64,000 nucleotides of DNA. Source: Octopus vulgaris (taxonomy: Eukaryota). This document shows, piece by piece, positions 27,703 to 39,482 of this stretch. Position 1 is the stretch's first letter; each line of letters starts with the position of its first letter. Position numbers and translations under genes: made by a program. The stretch lies in contig OX597841.1 in assembly GCA_951406725.2 (NCBI GenBank), positions 20,460,001 through 20,524,000 on the forward strand, written 5' to 3'. The notes under the pieces were generated by a model. That model saw only the letters and a program-made list of their open reading frames with translations, made no database searches and was not told where the DNA came from.

Positions 27703-28094
27703 ACTTTTTTTTAGCCATGGGATTCAAGCACCTCAGCACTGCTGGAAGAAGTGCATGAGCAGCAAGAGAGTTTATGCTGAAAAATAAACCTCATTTGATC
27801 ACATTCCATGAGAGTATCTTGGTCAGCTATGAACATTTTAGCCAACCCTCATATCAAACCTGAAAGGATGAAAGACAAAATTAACCTCAGTGGTGTTTGA
27901 ACTGAGAATGTAAAGTATCAGAAGAAATACCATTCAGCATTTGGTCCTACAAGCTAATGATTCTCTCTGCTCGTCAGCTTAACAACAATAATAATAATAA
28001 AGTCAAGTGAAATGTTGCTAAGCATTTTGCCTGGCATTCTAATGATTCTGCCAGCTCACCACTTCAACAATAATAATAATAATTTTTTCTTCTT

Positions 28095-28950
28095 TAGACA
28101 CATGGACTGGCAACCCAAGCTGGCTGTGGACAAATGTACCACCATGCATTTTGGGAGGAAAAACCCAGTGTCTTCTTACTCCCTCCACAACACTAATCTC
28201 AAAAAGTCTTCTGGGCATTGTTGTCAACAGCGATTTGCATTGGACAAAACACATTGCTAAAATTGCCAAGAAGGCTGAGGGTGTCTTGGCATCACTCACC
28301 AAGTCCTTTGTGAGCCGCTCTCCGGCTATCTTATCTGCAGCTTTATATAGCTATGGTGCGACCTCACCTGGAATTTGCATCACCGGTCTGGAACTCCTAT
28401 CTTGCCCAGGATATTAATCGTCTGGAAGCCGTTCAGCAACGTGCAACCAAGAGAATACCCTCCATCAGGCATTTGCCATATTCTGAACGCCTTACTTCCC
28501 TGGGCATGGATACATTGAAACTCCGATGTCTGGCAGCTGACTTGGCAGACACCCATAAAATTATTAACCATCTTACAAACAATAACTCTGAGCACCTTTT
28601 CAAACTCCACCCGTCTAACACCCATGGACATGTTTACAAAGTCAGAAAACAGCACAGCTCCCATGACTTTCGGAAACACTTTTTCACGCTAAGAGTTGCT
28701 GAAGCATGGAACAGACTGCCGGCATCAGTTGTTAGTTGTCAGAGCACTGCATCCTTCAAAACTTCCATGCTTCCTGAGATTCACCAACACTACACCTGAT
28801 TTTCTCCTCTCCATACATACGCAAGCATGTATCTGACTCATACACTGTTCACTTTCCAGACATTTGTACATTACTGCATATACTTTATATGCACTTTTGA
28901 CAAGTTGTGGTGCACCTGAGCACTGCATACAATAATTTCATAATTATTAT
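28095..28950 (+). mobile_element. CR1-clade LINE 3' fragment
   Basis: MVRPHLEFASPVW, LEAVQQRATK, YSERL, HGH, FFTLRV..WNRLP, SFK; ATT-rich tail. Confidence 0.9.
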
Positions 28951-29492
28951 AATTTTCAAAACCCAAAATTTTAGAGAAGGTGGGTAAGTCAATTACATTG
29001 ATTCCAGTACTCAACTGGTTTTATTTTATCAACCCCAAAACAATGAGTGGCATAGGTGACCTCAGCACAAATCCTCACCTGTCATTTATTAATCTACAGC
29101 ACATGCTTCAAGTTGGTCCATTTATCCAAACATTTGTGCCTCATTTGACGAATTCAGTGGGAGGGAGCACTTCCCTCTCCACTCTTACTTTTCTTAGTAA
29201 ATATTTCTGTTTTAAGCACAAAGCTAGCAATTTTGTGTGGAGAGATTTCATTGATTACATTGAACCCCACTAACTGAGAAGCACTTTATTTTATTGCCCC
29301 AAAAAGGGTGAAAGGTAAAGTGGGGTCTGAACTGAAATGGTGTAGAGCTGGAAATAGTGCAAAATATGATCATGCCTATCTCTCACCTTTAATAATAATG
29401 ATGTGTGAGGATGATGTTGGTAATGTTGATGATGATAATGAGAAGGGGTAGAGGAGGAGGAAGAAGAAGAAGAAGATTGTTTTGAAACTTAC

Positions 29493-29843
29493 TGCTACGT
29501 AACAGTCGTGTCAATGTTGAGTAAAACTGCTTCTGACGCACGTCAAGATATCCAACGGTTTGAAGTGGTTCTGGCACCTCACAGTCCTCCAGCATTATTA
29601 CAATCAGACGCTGCTGGTAGAGGCTGGATTCTGTAAGGTTCTGTAGGATCTCCTGGAAGTCAAACCATGTTGACAGGACATAGCTTCGGCTGAGCGCAAT
29701 CACGACACGCTCACTGAGCATGGCAGCACACAGTGTCGACTGGATTGTGCCATTGCTGCTCCTTGTTTTGGAGGTGGAATTGCCCTTGTTCTTGCTGCCT
29801 GTATGGATGATGCGCTGCTTTATGTTGACACCATCTTCACTCT

Positions 29844-29874
<31 letters not shown>

Positions 29875-30668
29875 GTCATCACTACCACCACCAACACTGC
29901 AGTTGCTACTGTTGATGGTGTTGTTAGGATTGCTTTTGTTGTTGTTGTTATTGATGCTGTTGTTGATGATGATGCTTCTGGTGCTGCTGCTTCTGCTGCT
30001 GCAGTTGCTGTTGTTGTTACTCTTGTTCTTGATGACAGCACCGATGCTGTTGCCATGGCTAGGACTGCTCCGACTGATAAGAATGCTAGGAATGCTGGGA
30101 TTGCTGTAATTGTTATGGCTATGAATGCTGGGATTGCGGTGACCGCTTGGAATGCTGGGAATGCCATAATCGTTGTTGAGACTGCTACATTTGCCCTGGC
30201 TTCTAGGAATGATGGGACTACTCCCATCGCTGGGAATGCTGGGATTGCCAAGGCCACTAGGAATTCTGGGATTTCCTTGATTGCTTTGGCTGGTCTCAGA
30301 GGAGTTTGGTTTGGTGTAGAAACATTTATAGTTGTATGGACATTCCTCCAGCTTCTTCACGATGCTCTCAATCCATGCAATATCGTTGGGGCTGTGTGAA
30401 AAGAAAATATGGTAACGGTATAGGTCCTGCAGGGGAGGGGCCGGAAAGAAGGAGTCCATGTTGAAGCAGGCATCAGTAGATGTTGTTGCACCACTTTCCA
30501 TCTTGTTGCCATCACCATCACCATCATCATCATCATCATTATTATTGAGCGAGATGGAACAGTCAATGGGGCTGTATGTAGTTGTTGGTTCGATTGGAAT
30601 GTGAGGGGTGTCCTCCTCGTTGCTGGCTGTGTCACTCTGTCCATCTTCAGGGATCAAGTTCTGGTGAT
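29493..30668 (-). CDS. TIR / TMEM268-like gene, in-window exon 1: TIR domain with large low-complexity insertion
   Basis: 1176-nt open exon; acceptor ttctttcctccacag|AT and donor AGCA|gtaagt (phase 1-1); TIR motifs YHIFFSHS..DIAWIESIVKKLE..YKC and SERVVIALSRSYVLSTW..RLIVIMLEDCEVPEPL...YLD; in-frame Mets at 30501 and 30459. Confidence 0.9.
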
Positions 30669-30984
30669 CTGTGGAGGAAAGAAAGAAAATAATGAAGAGA
30701 AACAAGATGAAATGAAAAAGAAGAAGAGGAACAACAGCAACAAGATAACAATAATGATAAGTTAAGGCTATGCTGGAGCAGCGCTTTCTGTGACAATGAA
30801 GATGATAATGATTGTGGTTGTGTCATTAATGATTGATGATAGTGGCAGTGGTGATAGTCATTGGGGTTTGTGGAGGTGGGGGTAGTCATGGTGGTCATAA
30901 TGGTGCTGACAATGCTTAAGATGGTCACAATGGTTATTGTGATAGCAGTGGTGATACAGTATTAAGGATGATACATGGTGATGT

Positions 30985-31345
30985 ACATGGTGTGGATGCG
31001 TGGTAAGAAGTTTGTTTCCAGACCACATAGTTCTGGGTTCAATCCCACAACATAGTCTTCTATTATACCCTCAGGCCAACCAAAACCTTTTGAGGGGATT
31101 TGGTAAATGGAAACAAAAAGACAGCCATTGTATATGTGTGTGTGTGTGTGTGTGTCTCCCACTACAGCTTGACAACAAGTGCTAGTGTGTTTATGTCCCC
31201 ATGACTTAGCAGTTTGGTAAAGAGACTGATAAAATAAGTACCAAGCTTAACAAAACATAAGTACTGGGGTTGATTCATCTGACTAAAAATTATTCATGGC
31301 CATGCCCCAGTATGGCCACAGTCTAATGATTGAAACAAATAAAAG

Positions 31346-31350
<5 letters not shown>
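30985..31350 (+). mobile_element. SINE family A-related, diverged
   Basis: Colinear with 1358-1780 at lower identity. Confidence 0.75.
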
Positions 31351-31393
<43 letters not shown>

Positions 31394-31397
<4 letters not shown>

Positions 31398-32010
31398 TCA
31401 TAAATGAGGGCAAAGGAAAAAATTTCTAATGCCAAATATGCCGAAAAATTGGACATATTGTCCATTAACCATATAATTTTTCTCCCAGTACGCACGCTAC
31501 TCGAAAAAAGGTTGACAGAAATTTCTAAAAAATTCCATTATTACCATATCGAACCGATTTCAGAGTTAGCTACTAAGAACCCTCCCTTCGTCAGTGATAC
31601 ATGTGGCAAAAGAAATAAATGAGATACTTACCCATGGAAGAAGCAAATACTAAGTCATGGGCACAACTAAGTACCCCAAATACATCCAAAATAGAAATAC
31701 TCCAGCCCATTCGAGGCACGTGCGATTTGAACTGAGTCTCTCACAGAGTGAGTTAGTTAGTTCGGAAGTGAACGCTTAAATTTATATCAAATGTGAGGAT
31801 AAAATTCTTTTCGAAAAAAAATATTTTCTCGAAAAAATTTTATCAATGGCCAGCATATTAAAAAATACCTTTAAAGGTTAAATTTATAAACAATTCATAA
31901 ATGAGGGCAAAGGAAATGCATATTTGGCATTAGAATTTTTTTCCTTTGCCCTCATTTATGAATTGTTTATAAATTTAACCGTTAAAGGTATTTTTTAATA
32001 TGCTGGCCAT
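31394..32010 (-). mobile_element. Penelope-like pseudo-LTR remnant with direct and inverted terminal repeat
   Basis: aattcataaatgagggcaaagg occurs at ~31395, at ~31892 and inverted at ~31945; palindrome 31847-32010; contains a hammerhead motif; flanked by (TA)n. Confidence 0.6.
31547..31599 (-). ncRNA. Type I minimal hammerhead ribozyme motif
   Basis: Minus strand: tatca-CTGACGA-aggg...ctct-GAAA-tcgg-TT-cgata; stem I has one mismatch, stem III is near the palindrome AACCGGTT. Confidence 0.6.
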
Positions 32011-32016
32011 ATATAT

Positions 32017-33273
32017 ACTAGATGTCTTAAAATTAAGGCAACCAAAATTTTGGACTTTAGTAACTATCAATAAATGTGATAAGATATGAAAATTATACAT
32101 CATTATAAAAGCTTAGTGTCTTCCTTTTTGTTTAAGACTAAATAAATTCAGACTTATAAATTAGATAATGGCTTTCCACTGAAATACAATCATGACCCTC
32201 CACAAAAGAGGTAAAAGTAATACAATTATAGCAAAAAATTTTAAAATTAACCAAATAACAGTCTGGAAAATTGTCAAGAAATTTCAAGAGACTGGTTCTA
32301 TTGCTGATCAATCTAGACATGGCCAAGGAGGAAGTGTACAGACCCCTCAGCCTATCAAAAGTACCAGAGAAAAGGTATGGTGAAATCCTTGTTGTTCCGT
32401 AATTAAACTGGCTGCCATAGCAAAAATAAGCTGAACATCAATGTATTGAATGCTGAAGGAGGATCTCAGGACCCACCTCTACAAGATGGTTTGTTGTCAT
32501 GAGATCATGCAAGAGACTGGAGAGAAGCCATCTTTTATCCTGTATCAGATTGCTGAAGGCACACTGCCCAACCTGGTGTTCACTGATGAAAAGACATTTG
32601 ACATCGAACAAATAGTAAATCACTAGAATGACCAATTTTGGAGTGTATCTGGCTCTGTCAAGGGTAGACCCGTAAATCAACATCAAAATCCACAGTCAGT
32701 TATGGTTTGGGTGACTGTGACTGGAAGATCTCCCCTTGTTTTTGTACCCTTGGGTGTTAAAATTGACCCAGCGATACATTAGTGACATTCTGGGAGCTGA
32801 ACTGCTTCCATGGATGGATGAGCACTTTCAAGGCCCACCTTGGAGACTCCAACACGGTTCTGCACCATCCCACAGCATGAAACAGACACAACACTGGATT
32901 CATGAAAACATTCCATCATTCATAGACAAGGATGTGTGGCCCTGAAGAAGCCCCAATCTTAACTCATTGGATTTTTGGTCCATTTTGGAGATGAGGGTCT
33001 CAAGCACTCTTCATGCTTCACTCAATGCTCTGAAAGCAAAACTGTCCCAGGAATGGGCTTTGATTCTGCAAGGACAGCTGTTTGCTGTGTGTGAAGCATT
33101 CACACCTAGACTTAAGGCTGTGAATCAAAACAGAGATGATCATATCAAGTAAATGTGGTAGTGTCATAATTGGATTTCCCTCAGCATTGCAATGCTTCAA
33201 CCCAAAATATAACAATATTTTCTTTTGGCAAATTGAAAAATGACAATTGTCTTAATTTCGAGACACCCTGGAT
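32017..33273 (+). mobile_element. Degenerate Tc1/mariner-superfamily transposon (probably DD37D-type)
   Basis: FTDEKTF, SVMVW, QHGSAPSH and WP*RSPNLNSLDF motifs; degenerate TIRs. Confidence 0.8.
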
Positions 33274-33451
33274 ATAAAGTGATAGCATGTTGTCAACTTA
33301 ATGCGGCAGTCCCATAATAGGGAAGAATGTTACTGCTATTTAGCCTTGTTGGGCTTGATACATTTCCTGTGTTTCCTAGGGCTAAATAACTGCAGTATTC
33401 TTCCCTTTTATGGGACTGTTACATTGAGTTGACAACACACTATCACTTTAT
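33274..33451. mobile_element. Palindromic MITE-like element
   Basis: ~75-bp imperfect inverted arms (ataaagtgatag...tagcc / ggcta...ctatcactttat). Confidence 0.65.
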
Positions 33452-33600
33452 CATTGCTGCTACTGGATAAATCTCTCTGAGACATTTAGAAATATATTAT
33501 TTCTATTTTCAAAAACCCTGTATATATATATATAATATATATATATATATATACGGTGGTGCATCAGCATGGCCGCAGCTCTGAGCTGAAACTAGAGAAT

Positions 33601-33661
<61 letters not shown>

Positions 33662-34800
33662 AAAATATGAAATAGAAGCAGTGGTAGTTCAATAAACATT
33701 ATCAACCACATGTACTTAAAATGTAAGAAATGTGTATTTACTAGTAGACTGTGATTTGGCACCATGGAGAATATTTTCTCAAAGCCCCAGGTCTTAAAGC
33801 ACCTGAAAGTCATGGATATCAATATGCCATTTGATATGTTGATATGCCATTTTTGTGGCATATCACATCACATGCCCAAACAGAATTGGAGATATATCAT
33901 ATTGCCAGTCAATGACTTAAATACATATACTGAGAAAAACTGTGACAAAACGCCCAGACAATGCATAGATAGGAATAATTTCAAATATGAAACAGAAGTA
34001 GCTTAAGAAACATTATCAACCAAATATATGCTTTGTTTTATTTGCTGGCAAGCTGTGGTTTGGAGCCATGGAGAATACTCTCTCAAAGTGGCCAGTGTTA
34101 AAACACTTAAAAGTCATGGACAGGTGAGATAACTCACCTCTAATCCCATCTAGGAGTGATGGACAACAGTGTTTTGCAATTTTCTTGGAGCTATATGCCT
34201 ATAAGTCATGACCTGGTGATATGATTTATCTTCAATCTATTTTGGGTGCAGGATGTTGATAAGCCACAAAAATGGCAAAACATCAATGTCCATCACTCCT
34301 GGATGAGACGAGAGGTGAGTTATCTCACCTGTCCATGACTTTTAGGAATTTTAACACATAGCACTTTGAGAGCGTATTTTCCGTGGTGCCAAATTGCAGT
34401 CTACATAGAATGACATGCAGGATATACATTAAGTATATTTGGTTCTAAGGTTCATCGCATTAGCATTGCTTTCATTTCATATTTGAATTTATTCTTATGT
34501 ATGCATGGCCTGGGCACACCTGCACAGAGTTTGCACACTATATGCATCTAAGACTGGCAATACGATTTACCTTCAATACGGTACAGGTGCATTATGTCAA
34601 TAACCCACAAAAATGGCAAAACATTCCTAGATGGGATAAGAGGTGAATTATCTCATGAGTCCTTGACTTTCAAGTGTTTTAACACCCAGCACTTTGATTG
34701 AATATTCACCACCACACCAAATACACATTGAGTGTACATTAAGTAAATGTGGCTGACAATGTTTATTACACTAATGCTTCTTCCATTTCATATTTGAAAT
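33662..34800. mobile_element. Modular foldback: two ~320-bp units facing two inverted units
   Basis: aaatatgaaa..cattatcaacc..ccatggagaata..aaagtcatgga at ~33662 and ~33983; reverse complements end at ~34490 and ~34800. Confidence 0.65.
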
Positions 34801-37241
34801 GAACAATTGCACTTCAATCTGCTCAATATTTGTCATGAGTGACTTTCAATTTTTCTTACTTTTCACACTTGTCAGATTTAGAAGTAATGGATCATTATAC
34901 ATTTACTAATACCTATGAAGATTATATTTACCAAACATTTCACTGAAGTCTAAACATTCCTCAGATAACATGGGGACCACAAAAGTTGAAAATCTTCACC
35001 AAATCATCAACAACTTTTAGATCTATGATACTGCCTTATTAACTATTCATAGAGCTGGTTTGCAAGAAATCATCTCTTTTGCAACTAGAGTAAATGGCAG
35101 AAGAAAATCCTATGGAATTGAATAAAAACAGAAAAACAATAATAATTTCCAAAAATGAATATTACCATTAAGGGAATGCCAAAAAAATGTACCTAGCATA
35201 CATGTAACGAGAAAATGGGAAATTTAAGCCAAAGTGAAAAGAAAAATTGAGACAGCTAGAAAGTGATTTGAAAATATGTCAACCATATTAATATCAAACA
35301 TGAGAAAAAGATTATCAAAATGTTATATATGGCCAACTCCATACATAAAATGTACAGAATGAAAAGGAGAAAAAAAGAGATACAAATGAAAGTATTATCA
35401 AAGACTATATAGTACTGATGTGGACAGTAATGAAAATATAAACAAACAGATTACAGGCTTTTAAGATATGGACAAATAGATGACTCTTGTGAATATAATA
35501 AATAAACCATTAAGACTAAAAATTGCTGAGAAAAATAAGAAAATTTTGTTAGACACTATGAAAGAGAAAACTAAAATATTTTGGATATTTAGGCAAAAAA
35601 AAAAATGGGTTAAAGAGATTTTTAATTGAAGGTAAAGAGAAATAAGGGGAACTTCAAGAATGACATATGTGAAGGAATAACAAATGACAATTTAAAAGAA
35701 ATTTCTGTTGCATGAGTTTTGCTCTTCCTGTTCTAGTTTTCTTGAAATTTGAAGATTAACTTTTTATCCATTTATAGTTAATTTTGACATATTGAGCCTA
35801 CTTACAAAGAATTGATAATTGTGATTTTTCAGATCTGATCATGGTTTCTTCAAGTAAGCATAGATGTGTGAATAATCCTGATGGCTTCTGCCAAGTCTGT
35901 GGCTCCTTCACACTTATTCATCAAAAGTGCAATATCACATTGTTTGTGAGACGGGCTTATAAAGCTTATTTTGGAATTCTCCTAGGTGATCAAGACACAA
36001 AATGGGCCTCCTCATGTTGTGTGTCATAACTGTAAGGAAATGCTTGATGACTGGACAAAAGAAAAAGGCCAGCCATTTGGAGTTCCTATGGTTTGGCAAG
36101 AGCTCAGGGGCCAGACAAGTGACTGTTATTTTTGTATGATCAACACAAAAAGCACTGGCAAGAAAACTAGGAGTAAAATATCCCAATATTCCTTTAGCAA
36201 GTCCCAGTTTTTCTTGGATTTACCTCTTCTAAAGCTGAAGTTAGCAAGCAAGAATATGAGAATGATAACAAAGATCAACAAATTATTTCAGAATCCCAAG
36301 ACCTCTCTTATGGTACTGAAAAATCAGCTACTGAACAGTTTAGTCAAACAGAATTGAATGATTTAATGCATGATTTGAGACTCTCCAAGACTGCAGCTGC
36401 AGTTTCAACATCCAGGCTGCAAAAAAAACATCTACTTGATCAAACTGCAAAAGTTTCTTATTTTCTAAAATGAGACCAGATTTTTGTATAATTTTTTTCA
36501 GAAGGGAAACATTTTGTTTACTATCATGATATCTCCTTGTACTGTTCAACTGACTGGCAACTATTTCTAGAGAGTTCTAAGCCCAGCCTAAAGTGTGTTC
36601 TCCCACACAATGGTAATGTTTAGGGAGCTGTCCCAGTTGGTCAATCAGTGCATTTGTAAGAAGAATACAATAACAAAAATGGTTATTGACCAACTAAAAT
36701 ATCATGAGCACAACTGGACCATTTATGTAGATTTGAAAATAATCAATTTTCTTCTTGGCCAACAGAAACATTTCACAAAGTATCCTTGCTTTCTCTGCAT
36801 GTGTTGACAGCTGAACTCGAGAGAAACACTGGATTCAGAAGAAGTGGTCCATTTGTGAGACTCTGGAAACAGGTATGCCAAAGATTGTGAAAGATCCAAT
36901 TGTTAGCCAAGAAAAGATTAGTTTTCCACTGCTTCATATAAAGCCGGGCTTGATCAAGCAATTCACTAAGGCATTGAATACTGATGATGAATGTTTTTAA
37001 CATATAGTTTCTGTATTATTTGGTTTGTCATTCAAGATGATTGAAGCAGGTGTGTTTGACAGATTTCAGATTCATGCCCTTGTATGTGATGAGGAATTTG
37101 TCAGAAAGATGAATGACAGGGTAAGAGCAGCATAGCTGTCATAAAAACTTTTCTTGAAAACAGAAAAGTAAATGACTATGAAATTCTTGCAAATAATATG
37201 CTGTCAGCTTTCCATGATCTTGGGTGTAACATGAGCCTTAA

Positions 37242-37462
37242 CCCTTTCGTTACCAACCTGGCTGAAACCAGCTCTGGCTTTGAGTACAAATGTCTTGTTT
37301 TCATAAGTTCTGAATTAAAATCTTCCACCAAACCTTAGTCACAATCTATGTTCCTAACACTAGCTTAATGGTAACTGAATTATTTTACTAAATTCTTTGT
37401 TTTATTTAAAATTAATTGAAAGAAACACAGAGTATCTCAATGGAAATACGGTAAGAAAAGGG
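37242..37462. mobile_element. piggyBac-type MITE with TTAA target-site duplication
   Basis: TTAA-ccctttcgttacc ... ggtaagaaaaggg-TTAA; removal restores ATG AGC CTT AAA CTC CAT (MSLKLH). Confidence 0.9.
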
Positions 37463-37877
37463 TTAAACTCCATTTATTCTACAGTCACATCGATCAGTTC
37501 CCTGAAAATCTTGGAGATGTAAGTGATGAACAAGGAGAGTGCTTCCACCAAGACCTCAGGACCATGGAAGAGCAGTATCAAGGGTGATGGAAGAAAAACA
37601 AAGCATGACAACAGACTACTTCTGGAGCATTAAACAAGATTTACCTAACAAAGTCTACAAATGCAAGAGCTTCAAGCACAAATTCTTTCCTGGATAAGAC
37701 CTATTTGTGTTTTATCTTCCATCCTGATCAACTATGTACACCTAGTATTTATATATGATATAGATTTCCAACTAAAAAGTGGATAGTGAAAAAACTGGCA
37801 CATGATAACATTTTACTCAGCATCAGAATAAGAAATATTTCTTTCATAGCCTAATTCTTATTGTTATTCTTGTTGTA

Positions 37878-38930
37878 TCTTTATATATATAAAACTGAGA
37901 ATGTGTGTGTCTGTCTGTGTGTCTGTCTGTCTGTGTGTTTCCCTAAAACTTGAGAACTACACAACCAATTTCATTCAAATTTTACACATGACTTACTTAG
38001 GGTCCATGTAGTTCATGGGCAAAAAAATGTTCAGCTTCTTGCCTAGAGCAAGCCCATAGCAATATCATATCTTCTCCACTATTTCAGTATTACGTGTTAA
38101 AAGTAAAACAAAAATATTTCTCTATTTTATGTCAGATACTTTCACTTTAACAATAAAAATAATAATAACAATTGAATTATATGTAGTAAGTAATAATTAA
38201 AATCAAACCAAAGTATAATATAATCGTAACATAACAAAAGTAAAAATAGCAATTGGTATAAAATTGCATCAATGACTTGAACTTGAATAAGTGGTTTCAC
38301 ATGAATGGGAATAAATTAAAAATAAAATTAGCGTGCAGAAATGGAATAGTCCAGATGGATAATAAAAAATTTAATTAAAGAAAAGTCTATTGTCTATAAA
38401 GTATACAATGTAGAGAAAAAAGAAAATTTGAACACCTGGAGGAAAGCAGCATTGAAAAGTGTCTTGGTGCGACTATGAAAGATATCAAGTATCTAACCAG
38501 AGGCGGTAAATTCGCCACAATAGAAGCAAGGTTCGAGTCAACGGAGAGTGCAAGGGAGTACTCGACTCGAACTTGCAAAGTGGAAATATTTTATTTTTAC
38601 CTTTATATCTGGGACGTAGGATGTCCCGGAAAAAAAAATTAATAATGCCCCCCCCCCCCAAGTAGAGGTAAGCTGGATTGTAGCCACACTTCTATACAAG
38701 AGGGAGGACAAGATACAATTGATCGAAATTGCAAGAGACGGGCCTACAATTCCAGTCTGTTATATATTTTGAGTATTGTTATCACTAGCGATATCCATAT
38801 ATAACTTTGTATTTTGTATTTTATGTGTAGATGTATATATATAGATGTACATGTAATATGTACACATATATATACACATATATACATGCACTAGCACTAT
38901 GACCTGGCAACGATGGGTCTTTAATGCTAA
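37878..38930 (+). mobile_element. Non-autonomous Helitron-like insertion
   Basis: 5' A|TC followed by (TGTC)n; 3' degenerate hairpin gacctggcaacgatgggtc then gctaa (CTAG-like). Confidence 0.5.
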
Positions 38931-39189
38931 AGGATTACATTATATATCAGGAAATATTTGAAATTTGGAAAATATAGAAAAACCTTTAATTGCAAAAAAT
39001 CTAGATCTTACAGATAAAAACTAACTTCATATTTGAATTCAGCTTATTGAAATTAAGAAACAGCAATTGAAATTAAGGAACAGCAATTGAAATTAAGGAA
39101 CAGCAATTGCTATCAATGCAACAACAATTTTGTTGGCCAGTCTAACTGGTGGGAATAAGTCTTAAAAATATTGTTGTTGTTGTTGTTTG

Positions 39190-39482
39190 TTCCTTCTTAA
39201 GCCATGCCTCGCTCATAAGGGCCGATTTCCCAGTTTCATTCCCTACATGAACAAGACACCAGTCCGTTGTAGGTGAGATGCTAGATGCAGGAGGAAAGAG
39301 TGAGAGAAAGTTGTGACAAAAGAGTCAGCAGAAATTCGCCATTACCTTCTGCCGGAGCCGGGTGGAGCTTGGGTGTTTTTGCTCATAAACAAACAAACCT
39401 GTGAGCCCTTGACCGTGAGCCCTTGACCGTGAGCCCTTGACTGTGAGTCCATTGATCTAACCACTGGGCCATGTGCCTTCAC
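39190..39482 (-). mobile_element. tRNA-derived SINE family C (OR-like), tail variant 1
   Basis: Head and body shared with 46361-46672; different 3' part ending in (AAC)n. Confidence 0.7.

Larger units (their letters stand above)
24848..27853 (+). mobile_element. Degenerate mariner hosting a nested SINE and an RTE insertion
   Basis: SMQWNHP..PAPKKAKVIPSAGKM and QNNAPAH motifs; degenerate TIRs; sequence resumes after the RTE tail. Confidence 0.75.
35700..39143 (+). mobile_element. Chapaev3-like (CMC) DNA transposon, degenerate, with nested insertions
   Basis: CVNNPDGFCQVCG, AYFGILLGDQDTKW, VPMVW, DCYFC, TKYPCFLC, MSLKLH, FPENLGDVSDEQGECFHQD; putative 3' terminus near 39143. Confidence 0.75.

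Noticed and set aside
29720-30399. Plus-strand ORFs of 129 and 198 aa
   Set aside because: Antisense shadows of the trinucleotide-rich TIR exon
29389-30705. 438-aa ORF as a single-exon gene with hydrophobic ends
   Set aside because: Both ends are read-through into intron; strong splice sites bound the exon at 30668 and 29493
39045-39109. 20-bp tandem repeat of about 3 copies
   Set aside because: Simple slippage duplication near a transposon end; no spacers
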